DNA of 64,000 bases from Octopus sinensis (lineage: Eukaryota), in NCBI RefSeq assembly GCF_006345805.1, contig NC_043000.1:107508001-107572000 (forward strand), in the 5' to 3' direction. Both the position numbers and the translations under genes were made by a program. Positions 63,581 through 64,000 of this stretch are shown in pieces (position 1 is the first letter of the stretch; every line of letters starts with the position of its first letter). The notes below the pieces were generated by a model. It was not told the DNA's origin. It was given only the letters and a program-made list of their open reading frames with translations, and did no database searches.

Positions 63581-63823
63581 TTCCTCATATATATGTGTTT
63601 CCATTTTCATATTTCACTTTTATTTCTCAAGGAATTAACTATGATGTTTTATCTCTTAGTTAGTTATATAGATGATGTGCGTTGTATTTTAACTTTTCAA
63701 ACCGTTGTGGAATTCAGAAATTAAATTATGAAACATCTAGTAAATAATGTCATTTTTACTACATATGCATGCATACATACATACATACATACATACATAC
63801 ATACATACATACACATACATACA

Positions 63824-63857
<34 letters not shown>

Positions 63858-64000
63858 ACACCTTCAAAAGTAATTACGCTATGAATACTAATAAAAATAT
63901 TTGGTTAATAATTCCTTACGGGAGACAAATTAAATCTAATCTCCCACTGCTGTTTCGTCAAGCTATTGCTAGGAATTTTCCAAACAATTCTAGATATTAC

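Overview
AT-rich, repeat-saturated animal DNA, most likely an octopod cephalopod (inferred from the SINE families and the extreme (TA)n/(CA)n/(TATC)n load). I could not support any host protein-coding exon, rRNA or tRNA gene. Most ORFs in the track are translated microsatellites or transposon fossils. Retroelements: three CR1-group LINE copies, a 5'-truncated RTE LINE, an R4/Dong-like RT fragment, two Penelope-like elements (PLEs, one a nearly intact Naiad-type copy with an inverted pseudo-LTR) and about 20 tRNA-derived SINE copies in four families. DNA elements: a DD37E (TRT-type) Tc1/mariner, a Chapaev3-like fossil, mariner and Merlin-like MITEs, and Helitron fragments. The main unexplained signal is a high density of hammerhead ribozyme (HHR) motifs, about 16 intact, degenerate or half motifs in several unrelated sequence families. 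Highlights are an ORF-less 1.1-kb element at 5301-6415 with three well-formed HHRs (tandem plus fold-back, predicting a 490-nt self-excised monomer, retrozyme-like) and a fold-back at 47857-48103 whose HHR-shaped fold has a compensatory G3:C8 core swap. All folds were read by eye; no database search or folding program was run.
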